A DNA stretch of 32,000 nucleotides, from contig NC_006512.1 of assembly GCF_000008465.1 (NCBI RefSeq), positions 2,040,001 through 2,072,000 on the forward strand. Reading direction: 5' to 3'. Made by a program: the position numbers and the translations under genes. This document shows positions 20,030-30,213 of this stretch, piece after piece (position 1 is the stretch's first letter; each line of letters begins with the position of its first letter). The notes below the pieces were generated by a model. It was not told the origin of the DNA, searched no databases, and was given only the letters and a program-made list of their open reading frames with translations. The stretch comes from Idiomarina loihiensis L2TR (lineage in GTDB: Bacteria > Pseudomonadota > Gammaproteobacteria > Enterobacterales > Alteromonadaceae).

Positions 20030-21406
20030 GGCATGGCGGGCATAGTTGTCAAACCTCGATAATTGCCCATGGAATTTCAATTCAATTTTACCAATAGGCC
20101 CATTACGCTGTTTGCCGATAATGATTTCAGCTAAGCCCTGTTCAGCTGAGTCTGGGTGGTAAACTTCGTCACGGTAAATAAACATAATAACATCAGCATC
20201 CTGCTCAATAGAGCCAGACTCACGCAAGTCTGAGTTAACGGGTCTTTTATCGGAACGCTGCTCAAGTGAACGGTTTAACTGAGACAGCGCCACCACAGGC
20301 ACTTCCAGCTCTTTCGCTAACGACTTCAAAGAACGAGATATCTCTGCAATTTCCAGCGTTCGGTTTTCCGACATGCCCGGAACCGTCATTAGCTGCAGAT
20401 AATCCACCATAATCATGGATATTCCCTTATGCTCTCTATGAATCCGGCGAGCACGGGAGCGCACTTCGGTAGGAGTTAAGCCAGATGAGTCGTCTATGTA
20501 GATATTATTTTTATCATTTAGCATGTTCATGACAGACGCGATGCGAGCCCAGTCGTCATCTTCAAGCTTACCGGTACGTACTTTATTCTGATCTACCCGA
20601 CTAAGTGACGCCAGCATACGCATCATCAGCTGCTCTGCGGGCATTTCCAAACTAAACACCAATACCGGACGGTCATCATTGAGCGCAATATTCTCTGCCA
20701 GATTCATGGCAAAGGTCGTTTTCCCCATAGACGGACGTGCCGCTACAATGACCAGGTCAGAAGGCTGAAGACCAGCAGTCATCTGATCGAGGTCAGTAAA
20801 GCCGGTAGAAACACCGGTCACGCCGTTATTGTTTTTCAGCTTACTCAACTGCTCAATACGGCTAACCGTACGCTGCAGAATTAAATTGATACCTTGCGGC
20901 CCTTCGCTGGAACTGACTCGCTTCTCAGCAATTTGAAAGACTTTTGATTCCGCCAGATCAAGCAATTCGGCGCTGCTTCGCCCCTGAGTATCGTAACCTG
21001 ACTCAGCAATATCATTTGCCGCACCAATCATTTCCCTTAACACCGCTCGTTCGCGGACAATGTTTGCATAGGCTAATATATTTGCCGCGCTGGGGGTGTT
21101 TTTCGCAATTTCTCCAAGGTAGGCAAAACCACCTATTTGCTCAAGCTCCCCAGCCGTTTCCAAGTTTTCGGAAACTGTCACCAAATCCATTGGCTGACTG
21201 CGTTGAGCAAGCTCATGCATGGCTTTAAAAATAAGCCTATGCGAACGATGATAGAAGTCTTCAGCGATGACGCTACCGGCAACATTGTCCCAGGCATCAT
21301 TATCGAGCATTAAACCGCCAAGAACGGATTGTTCAGCTTCAATTGAATGTGGTGCCGAGCGCAGTGCTTCTATTGACGCGTCGCGTTTTTTTGACTTCTC
21401 TGCCAT
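20012..21406 (-). CDS. dnaB: Replicative DNA helicase DnaB
   Basis: 464 aa, PHSIEAEQSVLGGLMLDN..., with Walker A (ARPSMGKTTFAMN). No intein-sized insertion is present. Confidence 0.97.
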   Translation of the reverse strand: MAEKSKKRDASIEALRSAPHSIEAEQSVLGGLMLDNDAWDNVAGSVIAEDFYHRSHRLIFKAMHELAQRSQPMDLVTVSENLETAGELEQIGGFAYLGEIAKNTPSAANILAYANIVRERAVLREMIGAANDIAESGYDTQGRSSAELLDLAESKVFQIAEKRVSSSEGPQGINLILQRTVSRIEQLSKLKNNNGVTGVSTGFTDLDQMTAGLQPSDLVIVAARPSMGKTTFAMNLAENIALNDDRPVLVFSLEMPAEQLMMRMLASLSRVDQNKVRTGKLEDDDWARIASVMNMLNDKNNIYIDDSSGLTPTEVRSRARRIHREHKGISMIMVDYLQLMTVPGMSENRTLEIAEISRSLKSLAKELEVPVVALSQLNRSLEQRSDKRPVNSDLRESGSIEQDADVIMFIYRDEVYHPDSAEQGLAEIIIGKQRNGPIGKIELKFHGQLSRFDNYARHASDERY

Positions 21407-21501
21407 GGGGAAAGTTGTCTCGCAAAGGGAAATAATAAGAGGGGATTACTATACAAAATCCCCTCTTGTTTAGAAAGCGAAGCAACGCCTAACAGCACGA
21501 T

Positions 21502-22461
21502 TTAATTTTTATCGAGTGTTATTTCACCACTAACCGTTGTTGCAGATATATCCGCACTGCCTTCTCCTATCATAAACTCCAGATTAGATGATGGGCCCCA
21601 TTCGGCTTCAATAGCTTTATCTTTTGTTAAGTAATTGGTAATTTCACCACCGGCGTTAGATTTCAAGTTGAAGTTTGCGTGAATCTCGCCCTCCCACTTA
21701 AAAGTTAAGTCGCCGCTAACTGAGCTCGCCTCCAGGCGTGCATTTTCATTCAGGGCTGCGGTTAGAGTGGCATCACCACTCACGGTGGTCATTTTCCCTT
21801 TACGTAATGTTCCAATTTTTGCGTCAATATCTCCGGAAACCGACTGAGCAGTAAACTCAGTAATTGAGTCAGACTGACTTGTAATATCGCCACTCACAGA
21901 TTGATAAGTCGCAGCGTCAGAACTATTCCGAATATCCATAATATCGCCGCTTACCGTCTCAAAACGCACATCACCTTCAATATCTTTTGCATCGATGTCA
22001 CCACTAACGGTTTTTAACAACAGACGGTTTTTAATTTTATTGACAGTAACGTCCCCACTGACCAGCCTAATTTCCAAGCCACCGTTAAACTCATTTGCAA
22101 TAACATCCATGGACACACCATTAACTTTGATATCCATTGACGCTGGTAGATAAATTTTTAGGTCGGAACCGCCGTCATCAGATGAAAAACTGAACCCTCG
22201 CTCTTGCGGTGTTTCAACATTAATATGAATACCATTACCACGTTGTTCGAAAATAAACTTCTCTGTCTTCTCATCCAGTGTCCCAACCACTCTAATTTCA
22301 TTTTTTTCGTGCACAATGAGTTCTACTTTGCCTCTCATATTATCGATTAGCACTCTTGCTCCTGGCGAGACCGATAAGGTTTCATCGACCTCTTCCTGTG
22401 CCAGTACTGTGAAACTCAAAGTTAGTAGCAATAATCCAACTAAGGATAATATTCTGTTCAT
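21502..22461 (-). CDS. Secreted DUF4097-type beta-helical repeat protein
   Basis: Signal peptide (...TVLA/QEE). There are eight spaced copies of (S/T/L)VSG(D/E)(I/V/A/L). It is the last gene of the ECF sigma / anti-sigma cluster. Confidence 0.8.
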   Translation of the reverse strand: MNRILSLVGLLLLTLSFTVLAQEEVDETLSVSPGARVLIDNMRGKVELIVHEKNEIRVVGTLDEKTEKFIFEQRGNGIHINVETPQERGFSFSSDDGGSDLKIYLPASMDIKVNGVSMDVIANEFNGGLEIRLVSGDVTVNKIKNRLLLKTVSGDIDAKDIEGDVRFETVSGDIMDIRNSSDAATYQSVSGDITSQSDSITEFTAQSVSGDIDAKIGTLRKGKMTTVSGDATLTAALNENARLEASSVSGDLTFKWEGEIHANFNLKSNAGGEITNYLTKDKAIEAEWGPSSNLEFMIGEGSADISATTVSGEITLDKN

Positions 22462-22474
22462 TTCTTTCTCCTGT

Positions 22475-22990
22475 TTATATTTCTCGTAAATTATTATTCA
22501 ACGTATAAGACTGATTTAGTAATTTCAGCTCTTGCTCATTTACCCAGCGTAACAATTCCAATAAACTCGGATCCCCGGGGCTAAGCCTTAACGATTCAGT
22601 AATGTCCTGCCTGGCTAACGCCAATTGCATTAGCTGAGCTTCAATTTCACCATTAAGTTGATGATACCCCGCCATTTCATAACCTGTGCGTAGACTATAC
22701 AGCTGCTGTCGCTGTTCAGCATTCATTTCTTCAGCTAACAAGTAGAATCCGGATACCGTTTTTTCTGCTGGCGGCAAAGAACTGAACAGCCATCCAGTCA
22801 TAAAGAGAGCAATCAAAAAACTGGCGGCCAAGGCTCCTTGCCAAAAAGTTGTTTTAGACCTTCTTCGCGATATCGGATAATCAATTTGCCTTTCAATTTC
22901 GGGCCAAAAATCTTTGCTAGGGTTAATCCCGCTGAGCTTAATTTCTTCGAGTCGACTTTCGAACTTTTGGTACTCTTCATTATTTGCCAT
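22475..22990 (-). CDS. Putative single-pass anti-sigma factor
   Basis: I start it at the internal Met (MANNEEYQKF..., ATG at 22990-22988), which overlaps the sigma gene stop (ATGGCAAATAA). One TM helix (FWQGALAASFLIALFMTGWLF) and a helical periplasmic domain follow. The longer ORF-track version would overlap the sigma gene by 134 nt. Confidence 0.7.
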   Translation of the reverse strand: MANNEEYQKFESRLEEIKLSGINPSKDFWPEIERQIDYPISRRRSKTTFWQGALAASFLIALFMTGWLFSSLPPAEKTVSGFYLLAEEMNAEQRQQLYSLRTGYEMAGYHQLNGEIEAQLMQLALARQDITESLRLSPGDPSLLELLRWVNEQELKLLNQSYTLNNNLREI

Positions 22991-23525
22991 CCTGAAGTGA
23001 CTCCTCCAATTTTTTACGGGCCCGGTGAAACTGTGCTTTACTTGTCCCCACTGCAATTCCCGGCCAATTCGCAATTTGTTGATGAGATTCTCCCTGCAAC
23101 GCATGCAAAACAAAAACTTGCCGGGTTTGCTCAGGGAGCTTAAAAATCAATCTATCGAGTTGATGAATATCCATCTCCCCTTCATCAAACTCCTCATGGG
23201 CCTTATGCTCTTGAGATAAAAACCTGGAAAACCAACGGTTTCGTTTGCGCATTTCAGTCAGACAGATATTTGTCGCTACACGATAAAGCCAACTGCTAAA
23301 CTTTGCCTCGCCACGAAAAGAGCTAAGTTTCTGCCAAAGTTGCACGAACACTTCTTGAACGACGTCATCCGCCAATGTTCTGTCTGCGCACAAACGCAAT
23401 ACCAGCCCGTATACTTGCCGTATATATAAATGATATAGGCGCTGAAAAGCTTCTACATCACCCTGCGCAGCCAGTCGCACATCTTCACAGGCCGTTTCGC
23501 TTTGCAACGCTCTCTCCCTAGGCAC
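22980..23525 (-). CDS. ECF-type RNA polymerase sigma factor (sigma-70 family, group 4)
   Basis: Region 2 (AFQRLYHLYIRQVYGLVLRL...DDVVQEVFVQLW) and region 4 (LPEQTRQVFVLHALQGESHQQIANWPGIAVGTSKAQFHRARKKL). The ORF-track start is a GTG. A TTG at 23507 preceded by GGGAGAG is an alternative start. Confidence 0.88.
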   Translation of the reverse strand: MPRERALQSETACEDVRLAAQGDVEAFQRLYHLYIRQVYGLVLRLCADRTLADDVVQEVFVQLWQKLSSFRGEAKFSSWLYRVATNICLTEMRKRNRWFSRFLSQEHKAHEEFDEGEMDIHQLDRLIFKLPEQTRQVFVLHALQGESHQQIANWPGIAVGTSKAQFHRARKKLEESLQDGK

Positions 23526-23550
23526 ACTTTATTATCAATATAGTAGTTTA

Positions 23551-23578
23551 GACGACACAGACATCAGGAAGGTTTACA
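23551..23578 (-). promoter_or_regulatory. Candidate ECF-type (autoregulated) promoter: TGTAAAC, 17 nt, CGTC
   Basis: The minus strand reads CCTGTAAACCTTCCTGATGTCTGTGTCGTCTAAAC about 26 nt upstream of the sigma ORF. The AAC / CGT spacing resembles known ECF promoters. Confidence 0.45.
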
Positions 23579-23604
23579 GGAAACATTTTTTCCCCAAAAA
23601 AAAA

Positions 23605-23622
23605 AGCTGCCCGGAGGCAGCT
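23605..23622 (-). terminator. Rho-independent terminator downstream of rplI
   Basis: The minus strand reads AAAAAGCTGCC-UCCG-GGCAGCUUUUUUUUUU, a 7-bp GC-rich stem plus a U10 tract. The A5 on the other side makes it potentially bidirectional. Confidence 0.85.
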
Positions 23623-23643
23623 TTTTGATAAAACCGTAACGAC

Positions 23644-24096
23644 TTATTCAGCCGGTACAACTTTCAATGTAATGTTTGCAAATACATCAGCGTGCAAGTG
23701 CAGTTCAATATCAAACTCACCGACTTCACGTAATGTACCATGCGGCATTAATACTTCGCTCTTCTTCACTTCAACGCCAGCAGCTGTTACTGCATCTGCG
23801 ATGTCGCGAGTACCGATAGAGCCAAATAGTTTGCCTTCATCACCAGCTTTAGAAGCAATAGTTACTGCATCTAAAGCATTTACTTTTTCAGCGCGAGCTT
23901 GAGCAGCAGCTAATTGATCCGCTAATTTCGCTTCATACTCAGCACGACGTTGTTCGAATAGATCAACGTTGCTTTTGGTTGCAGGTACAGCTTTTCCCTG
24001 TGGGAAAAGAAAGTTACGTGCGTAACCAGATTTTACACTGACTTGATCGCCAAGGCTTCCCAAGTTAGCAATTTTATCTAACAAAATGACATTCAT
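23644..24096 (-). CDS. rplI: 50S ribosomal protein L9
   Basis: [30 protein letters not shown]..., 150 aa. Confidence 0.97.
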   Translation of the reverse strand: MNVILLDKIANLGSLGDQVSVKSGYARNFLFPQGKAVPATKSNVDLFEQRRAEYEAKLADQLAAAQARAEKVNALDAVTIASKAGDEGKLFGSIGTRDIADAVTAAGVEVKKSEVLMPHGTLREVGEFDIELHLHADVFANITLKVVPAE

Positions 24097-24137
24097 TTCT
24101 CGCTACCTCTACTTTTGGTAATCGAACCGGTGCTAGC

Positions 24138-24675
<538 letters not shown>

Positions 24676-24699
24676 AAGGGCTATTGAAAGTCAGCAAGC

Positions 24700-25050
24700 T
24701 TACGCTGCTTCACTGTCACCTTTACGATCTTCCTTCGGCTTAGTCAGCGGCGAAGGCTCAGTAATAGATTCTTTTTTGCGCATGATCATATTGCGCAATA
24801 CCGCATCGTTATAACGGAATGCAGTTTCAAGCTCTTCCACAACCTCTGCAGACGCTTCAATGTTCAACAGAACATAGTGCGCTTTGTGCAGTTTGTTGAT
24901 TGGGTAAGCCAATTGACGACGGCCCCAGTCTTCTAAACGATGGATTTGACCACCACCTTGCTTGATCGTTTCGCTGTAGCGCTCGATCATGCCAGGTACT
25001 TGCTCGCTCTGGTCCGGGTGGACCATAAATACGATTTCGTAATGACGCAT
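24700..25050 (-). CDS. rpsF: 30S ribosomal protein S6
   Basis: [25 protein letters not shown]..., 116 aa. Confidence 0.98.
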   Translation of the reverse strand: MRHYEIVFMVHPDQSEQVPGMIERYSETIKQGGGQIHRLEDWGRRQLAYPINKLHKAHYVLLNIEASAEVVEELETAFRYNDAVLRNMIMRKKESITEPSPLTKPKEDRKGDSEAA

Positions 25051-25157
25051 TACAGTTTCCTTTTGGTTCGTATAGCCTCAGTTTAGCTCAGCCGCACTAA
25101 CATAGAAGCAAGGAACACATTCAGTAAAATGAAAATATGGCTGATTTAAGCCGCGCG

Positions 25158-25186
25158 ATACTAACTAAAATGAACGCCAATTGCAA
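25158..25186 (-). promoter_or_regulatory. Candidate rpsF operon promoter (TTGCAA, 17 bp, TAGTAT, then a GC-rich discriminator)
   Basis: The minus strand reads TTGCAATTGGCGTTCATTTTAGTTAGTATCGCGCGG. Hexamer match is moderate. The GC-rich discriminator is typical of stringently controlled r-protein promoters. Confidence 0.35.
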
Positions 25187-25187
25187 A

Positions 25188-25619
25188 TTAATCGGCGTTT
25201 TTATGGGCTTTTTCAATGCGGGAGCTGAGTAAAGCAACAACGCGGTCGGCCAATTCGTTTGCTACGGCTTTGTCGCCACGAACCACAATATTGTCTACGA
25301 TTTTGCCCTGGCGACGAGCTGTAGCATCAATTTGCACCGCATCCTGCTGTTCAGCGAATACAAGAGTGACTTGCCATTCAGCATTACTATCCTCGACTCT
25401 GTGCCATTCGTGCCTGACATCCAGTCGATTACTAATATCAAAGGCAAGGTTCTGCACAGACTGGGTTGCGTCATCCTCAACGTCAAAATGAAAAGCGACA
25501 TAGGGTTTCTCTGAACGCAGCCAGGTTGGTGATTCCCAGTTAGGCGTCCAACTGACAAACAATACTGCGACCATTGCTAAGGCAATGGCTATAGGCAAAA
25601 GGCGACGTTTAAGATCCAT
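25188..25619 (-). CDS. Small membrane-anchored protein of unknown function
   Basis: I start it at the internal Met ([24 protein letters not shown]..., ATG at 25619-25617), which overlaps the rlmB end by 11 nt. It has one N-terminal TM helix. I recognise no family. Confidence 0.6.
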   Translation of the reverse strand: MDLKRRLLPIAIALAMVAVLFVSWTPNWESPTWLRSEKPYVAFHFDVEDDATQSVQNLAFDISNRLDVRHEWHRVEDSNAEWQVTLVFAEQQDAVQIDATARRQGKIVDNIVVRGDKAVANELADRVVALLSSRIEKAHKNAD

Positions 25620-26355
25620 TGCGCTGTCTGACAACCTCAAATAAGCAAACACCACTGGCTACAGAAACATTTAAGCTACTGACACTACCAGACAAAGGAA
25701 TGGAGACTAAATCGTCACAGGTTTCGCGGGTAAGACGTCTCATACCTTTACCTTCGGCACCCATAACCAAAGCGACAGGCCCTCTGTAATCAACATCATA
25801 AACAGATTGAGTTGCTTCGCCTGCTGTGCCGTATGCCCACACGCCCAATTCCTGTAAGTCACGAAGCGCCCTGGCTAAGTTGGTGACCACAACAAGAGGA
25901 ACGTTCTCGGCAGCACCCGACGCCACCTTACGCACGGTTGGAGTAATTTGAGCCGACTTGTCTTTTGGTACAATAACGCCCGTAACCCCTGCTGCATCGG
26001 CCGTGCGCAGGCAAGCACCTAAATTATGCGGGTCGGTCACGCCATCGAGTATTAAGAACAACCCGGCCTGCTGACTTTGTTCCAGTAATTTAGGCAAGTC
26101 GTGCTCAGTTAAAGTAGGCGGCGACTGAACGGTCGCCACAACGCCCTGGTGGTTACCGCCTTCCGCTCGTTTTTCCAAAGCTTGTTTAGGCACCCATTGA
26201 GGTCTGACGCCAGTTGCATGGCATTGATTGACAATGTCACGCACCGAATCATCCTGACGCTCTTTAGAAACGTAGAGCTCTACCAAACGGTCTGGATGAT
26301 TTTTTAATATGGCCCGCACCGCGTGCAAGCCAAATACGGTCACTTTTTGACTCAT
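25609..26355 (-). CDS. rlmB: 23S rRNA (guanosine-2'-O-)-methyltransferase RlmB (SpoU/TrmH family)
   Basis: 248 aa with ...FGLHAV...[22 protein letters not shown]...SLNVSVA.. motifs. It lies immediately downstream of rnr, overlapping it by 4 nt, which is conserved synteny. Confidence 0.93.
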   Translation of the reverse strand: MSQKVTVFGLHAVRAILKNHPDRLVELYVSKERQDDSVRDIVNQCHATGVRPQWVPKQALEKRAEGGNHQGVVATVQSPPTLTEHDLPKLLEQSQQAGLFLILDGVTDPHNLGACLRTADAAGVTGVIVPKDKSAQITPTVRKVASGAAENVPLVVVTNLARALRDLQELGVWAYGTAGEATQSVYDVDYRGPVALVMGAEGKGMRRLTRETCDDLVSIPLSGSVSSLNVSVASGVCLFEVVRQRNGS

Positions 26356-28661
26356 GACTTGCTACGTCCCTTATTGCTGCTGCGATTACCGCTTTTCCGC
26401 TGGCCGCCTTTTCCACGAGACTGTCCTTTTCTCTTACCTTTGCCTGAACCTTTAGCTGGCATATTTCGTTTCTGGCCACCCGGACTCGTCGCTTCCAGCA
26501 AAGTTAAATCAATTTTACGATCGTCCAGATTCACGTCTTTCACTTTGACTTTCACATTATCACCCAGACGGAAAACGCTGTTGCTGTTCTCTCCGATTAG
26601 CATTCCTTTTTGCTGATCAAAGTGATAGTAGTCGTTGTCGAGGTTACTAATATGAATAAGACCGTCAATTTGGTAGTCACTTAAGCGCACGAACAAGCCA
26701 AAATTGGTGACTGAGGAAATAACGCCCTCAAACTCCATACCAATATGGTCTAGCATGAACTCACACTTCAGCCATTCGTCAACCTGGCGGGTAGCATCAT
26801 CTGCACGTCGCTCGGTCATTGAGGTATGTACACCCAGTTCATCCAATTGCTTATCAGAGTATGCCCATGCACCCACTAAGCCTTTCTCTTCACCTTTTTT
26901 CTTGCGTAAAATTGCTTTTATCGCGCGGTGCAAAATAAGATCCGGGTAACGACGAATAGGTGAGGTAAAGTGCGCGTAAGACTTCAATGCCAAGCCAAAG
27001 TGCCCTTTATTCTCTGGTTGATATACCGCCTGCTGCATAGAGCGCAACAACATGGTTTCAATCAGTTCATGATCCTGACGATCTTTCACTTGCTCAAGCA
27101 AAGTCGCATAGTCTTTCGGAGATGGTTCATCACCGCCTTCCAGGTTCAGACCCAGTTCGCCAAGAAAACTGCGGAAGTTGTTCAGTCGTTCGTCAGCCGG
27201 AGTTTCATGCACGCGGAACAACGCGCCAACTTCTTTATCTGACTCAATAAGCTGAGCAGAGGCCACGTTTGCCATAATCATGCACTCTTCAATAATTTTG
27301 TGAGCAACATGACGTTTAACCGGTTCGATACTCTCAATTTTACGCTGAGCATTAAAAATAAAGCGGGTTTCCTGCGTATCAAACTCAATAGCTGAGCGGC
27401 GCTTACGAGCTGCACTTAATGCGTTATAAAGTCGCTCCAGTTCCTGCACATTGTCCATGACATGCTGGTACTGCTGTTGCAGTTCTTCATCGCCATCAAG
27501 TAGCTTTTTAACTTTATTGTAAGTCAGTCGCGCATGGCTTTTCATTACTGCCGGATAAAACTCTGTGGACTTGAGTTTTCCACGAGGTCCCAATTCCATT
27601 TCTGCAACCATGCACAAACGGTCGACATCGGGGTTTAATGAACACAAACCATTAGACAGTTTTTCCGGTAGCATTGGAATAACATTGCTGGGGAAATAAA
27701 CTGAATTACCGCGTTCTGTTGCGGCTTTATCAAGAACGGTGTCCGGACGAACATAGTAAGACACATCGGCAATTGCTACCCAAAGGCGCCAGCCTTTTTC
27801 TTCCTGCACGCAGCAAACGGCATCATCAAAGTCGCGAGAGTCTTCACCATCGATAGTAATAAGCGGCAGGTCACGTAAGTCTTTACGGCCCTCGTAAGCC
27901 TCGGCTGGCACTTCTTCGCTATATTTTTTCAGCTCTTCGTCAACTTCAGTTGGCCATTCGGTAGGAATATCGTGCTCACGAATAGCGACCTGAATTTCCA
28001 TGCCTGGTGCCATATGTTCACCCAGCACCTCGCTGACACGACCAATTGGGCTGGTTCGGCGACTTGGACGTCGGGTAATTTCAACGACCACAAGCTGTCC
28101 ATGACGCGCGCCATTTTTATCCGCATCAGGAATAAGAATATCCTGACTAATACGGCCATCGTCCGGTACTACTATGCCCAGATCATGTTCAACGAAGTAA
28201 CGGCCAACAATATTACTGTCGCGGGGCTCTGTAACTCTAACGATACGCCCCTCGGTGCGACCTCGGCTATCTTTACCACTGGTTTTAACCAGTACGCGAT
28301 CACCATGCAAAACTGAATACATTTGATGATGTGGAATAAACAGGTCTTTACCGCCATCTTCAGTCTGACAAAATCCAAAACCATCTTTATGACCAATGAT
28401 ACGACCTTTGATCAAATCCATACGCTCGGGCAGACCATAAGCATTCGCTTTACTGTATATAAGCTGTCCGTCGCGCTCCATAGCGCGCAAACGCCGTTTC
28501 AAACCAATTGCCTGGCGCTCATCATCTAAACCAAAGTGACGAATGAACTCATCAAACTGAACCGGTTTACTGTTTGAGGTTACAAGTTCAAGCAATTGCT
28601 CACGGCCCGGAATTTCAACTTCATATTCTGGCGTACTGTTGTTCTGTTGATTATCTGACAT
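26352..28661 (-). CDS. rnr: Ribonuclease R
   Basis: 769 aa with cold-shock-like N-terminal domains, an RNB catalytic core (...[15 protein letters not shown]...), an S1 domain, and a Lys/Arg/Gly-rich C-terminal tail. Confidence 0.96.
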   Translation of the reverse strand: MSDNQQNNSTPEYEVEIPGREQLLELVTSNSKPVQFDEFIRHFGLDDERQAIGLKRRLRAMERDGQLIYSKANAYGLPERMDLIKGRIIGHKDGFGFCQTEDGGKDLFIPHHQMYSVLHGDRVLVKTSGKDSRGRTEGRIVRVTEPRDSNIVGRYFVEHDLGIVVPDDGRISQDILIPDADKNGARHGQLVVVEITRRPSRRTSPIGRVSEVLGEHMAPGMEIQVAIREHDIPTEWPTEVDEELKKYSEEVPAEAYEGRKDLRDLPLITIDGEDSRDFDDAVCCVQEEKGWRLWVAIADVSYYVRPDTVLDKAATERGNSVYFPSNVIPMLPEKLSNGLCSLNPDVDRLCMVAEMELGPRGKLKSTEFYPAVMKSHARLTYNKVKKLLDGDEELQQQYQHVMDNVQELERLYNALSAARKRRSAIEFDTQETRFIFNAQRKIESIEPVKRHVAHKIIEECMIMANVASAQLIESDKEVGALFRVHETPADERLNNFRSFLGELGLNLEGGDEPSPKDYATLLEQVKDRQDHELIETMLLRSMQQAVYQPENKGHFGLALKSYAHFTSPIRRYPDLILHRAIKAILRKKKGEEKGLVGAWAYSDKQLDELGVHTSMTERRADDATRQVDEWLKCEFMLDHIGMEFEGVISSVTNFGLFVRLSDYQIDGLIHISNLDNDYYHFDQQKGMLIGENSNSVFRLGDNVKVKVKDVNLDDRKIDLTLLEATSPGGQKRNMPAKGSGKGKRKGQSRGKGGQRKSGNRSSNKGRSKS

Positions 28662-28855
28662 AGAATCCTATTGTAGTTGCACGGTTAAGGAGGACCGATG
28701 GGCAACAGTATACGTGCTGAAAGTCATAATGTCAGTGCTTAGCTTGTATTTTGAACAAAACGTACCCATGTACTACTTAATAGGTAAAAAAATGAGTTGT
28801 CGAATCGTCTTATATACTCTAATTTGAGAACTGGAACATTTACGAAGATCAAAAA

Positions 28856-29212
28856 ATGCAAAAATATTCAGCAACTACAACCGAATTAAACGGGCTCCAA
28901 CAGTGGAGCTATCGGGTATTGCTGTGTTTATTACTCATCGTTTTCAGTACAGCCAGCTACGCCGCATCTGGCGAAATTAGTGAAAAACAGCTAACGGCGC
29001 AGCAAAATTCCAACGCTGTTTTCATTGTAGACCTGTCATCGCCTATATCTGAAATTCAGGCAGAAGATCCCGAATTCGATAAAGCAATCGACGCATCCTC
29101 ACGAGTTTTTCAAAACGTCTTAGCGCTTGCTCCTCTATCTCAGGAGAAAAGCGAACCGAAGCTTACCCAATGGAATTGGCATCTCGTCCGGGGGCCACCC
29201 GCTCACCTTTAA
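28856..29212 (+). CDS. Hypothetical signal-anchored or secreted protein
   Basis: 118 aa with a hydrophobic segment (VLLCLLLIVFSTASYAA). I see no convincing SD and recognise no family. Coding status is uncertain. Confidence 0.4.
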   Translation: MQKYSATTTELNGLQQWSYRVLLCLLLIVFSTASYAASGEISEKQLTAQQNSNAVFIVDLSSPISEIQAEDPEFDKAIDASSRVFQNVLALAPLSQEKSEPKLTQWNWHLVRGPPAHL

Positions 29213-29249
29213 AAATTCTGTATTTTTTTAATTTTTAAAGGAGTTTGTC

Positions 29250-29837
29250 ATGAGTGAGTTTAAAGAAATTCAATGGTCTTCTGCAGCCGATAAAATTGCA
29301 ATACACCACAACTATGAGCATCAACCGTTAATTAGCTGGCACGATAGTGCTACGCATGTTGTTGATGATTTCACAAAAGTATCTCCTCTAGAAATAAAGG
29401 AGAGCACTCTGGTCAGCGACGCAGAGCAAAAGCTTCGTAATGCCAACCTCCGCTACGCCTGCATAAAAAATCAAAGTGATGAAATGACAGGTTTACTGGC
29501 ATTGCGTGAGCTTCACGGACGCAAAGCAACTCAGCTAAGTACCGTCAAGCAAATTGGCTGGCGGGAATTGGCAGTAAAAGAGTTGATGTTACCTCTGGTG
29601 GCATTACCACAGGTAAGACTTGAGGACTTAAAGAAAGCTAAAATCGGTGACGCAGCGGCAACTCTCAAAGCCAGTGGCCGCGACTTTCTTCTCGTGATTA
29701 ACGATGGAGAAGTCTGTGGCGTAGTGTCATCTCTTAGAATAGCTGAATTAACAGGGGAGTCAGTAAACGTTTATCACCTGCCCTCAACTTTTGCGGAAAT
29801 TATTTCAGCGATAAATCATCATGAGGTCATTGACTGA
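29250..29837 (+). CDS. Hypothetical cytoplasmic protein, probable CBS-pair domain
   Basis: 195 aa with a good SD (AAAGGAG, 7 nt upstream). Two beta-alpha-beta-beta-alpha-like halves (..LRYACIKNQSDEMTGLLALRELHG.. and ..RDFLLVINDGEVCGVVSSLRIAE..) are reminiscent of CBS motifs. Confidence 0.55.
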   Translation: MSEFKEIQWSSAADKIAIHHNYEHQPLISWHDSATHVVDDFTKVSPLEIKESTLVSDAEQKLRNANLRYACIKNQSDEMTGLLALRELHGRKATQLSTVKQIGWRELAVKELMLPLVALPQVRLEDLKKAKIGDAAATLKASGRDFLLVINDGEVCGVVSSLRIAELTGESVNVYHLPSTFAEIISAINHHEVID

Positions 29838-29906
29838 AATCAATTATATGTCAGAAGTGCTTTTGCGCTTCTGGCATCTTCAGTACCAACTACGAAGGGA
29901 AAAACT

Positions 29907-29992
29907 TGGTGGCGCTGGACGGACTTGAACCGTCACTCCCAGAAGGAACCTGATTTTGAATCAGGCGTGTCTACCAATTCCACCACAGCGCC
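29907..29992 (-). tRNA. tRNA-Leu (anticodon CAA), class II with long variable arm, CCA encoded
   Basis: The minus strand reads GGCGCTGTGGTGGAATTGGTAGACACGCCTGATTCAAAATCAGGTTCCTTCTGGGAGTGACGGTTCAAGTCCGTCCAGCGCCACCA. The acceptor stem is GGCGCTG/CAGCGCC. The anticodon stem is CCTGA/TCAGG with loop TTCAAAA. The T arm is GACGG-TTCAAGT-CCGTC. Confidence 0.95.
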
Positions 29993-30038
29993 ATGCTTTA
30001 TAAGGTGAAGGCGTTGCATAACAAAGCAACGGGACGGA

Positions 30039-30066
30039 ATTATACTCGTCCACTCTCTCTAATCAA
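30039..30066 (-). promoter_or_regulatory. Candidate tRNA-Leu promoter (TTGATT, 16 bp, TATAAT, GC-rich discriminator)
   Basis: The minus strand reads TTGATTAGAGAGAGTGGACGAGTATAATTCCGTCCC, about 45 nt upstream of the mature tRNA 5' end. Confidence 0.55.
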
Positions 30067-30213
30067 GCAATAATTCACTAAAACACCTTATAATCCAACT
30101 AACTGCTGATTCCTTATACAGCTAAGAGTACAACTGAGAGTAAAACGGAGGTAGCTGTCAGCCCGCTTTGCTCGTGATATGATTAACGCACTATTGAGTT
30201 AAATGAGTTTCAC

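Noticed and set aside
22991-23113. The 41-codon N-terminal extension of the anti-sigma ORF, overlapping the sigma gene by 134 nt.
   Set aside because: The Cys/Arg-rich extension lies in an alternative frame of conserved sigma region 4. The internal ATG gives the classic short sigma/anti-sigma overlap.
26352-26490. The low-complexity Lys/Arg/Gly-rich coding stretch at the 3' end of rnr ([30 protein letters not shown]).
   Set aside because: A basic C-terminal tail is a normal feature of RNase R, not an anomaly or a repeat element.
28856-29992. A genomic islet integrated at tRNA-Leu(CAA).
   Set aside because: No integrase or other mobility gene is present. By eye, no direct repeat of the tRNA 3' end appears between rnr and the tRNA. 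The insert holds only two small genes.
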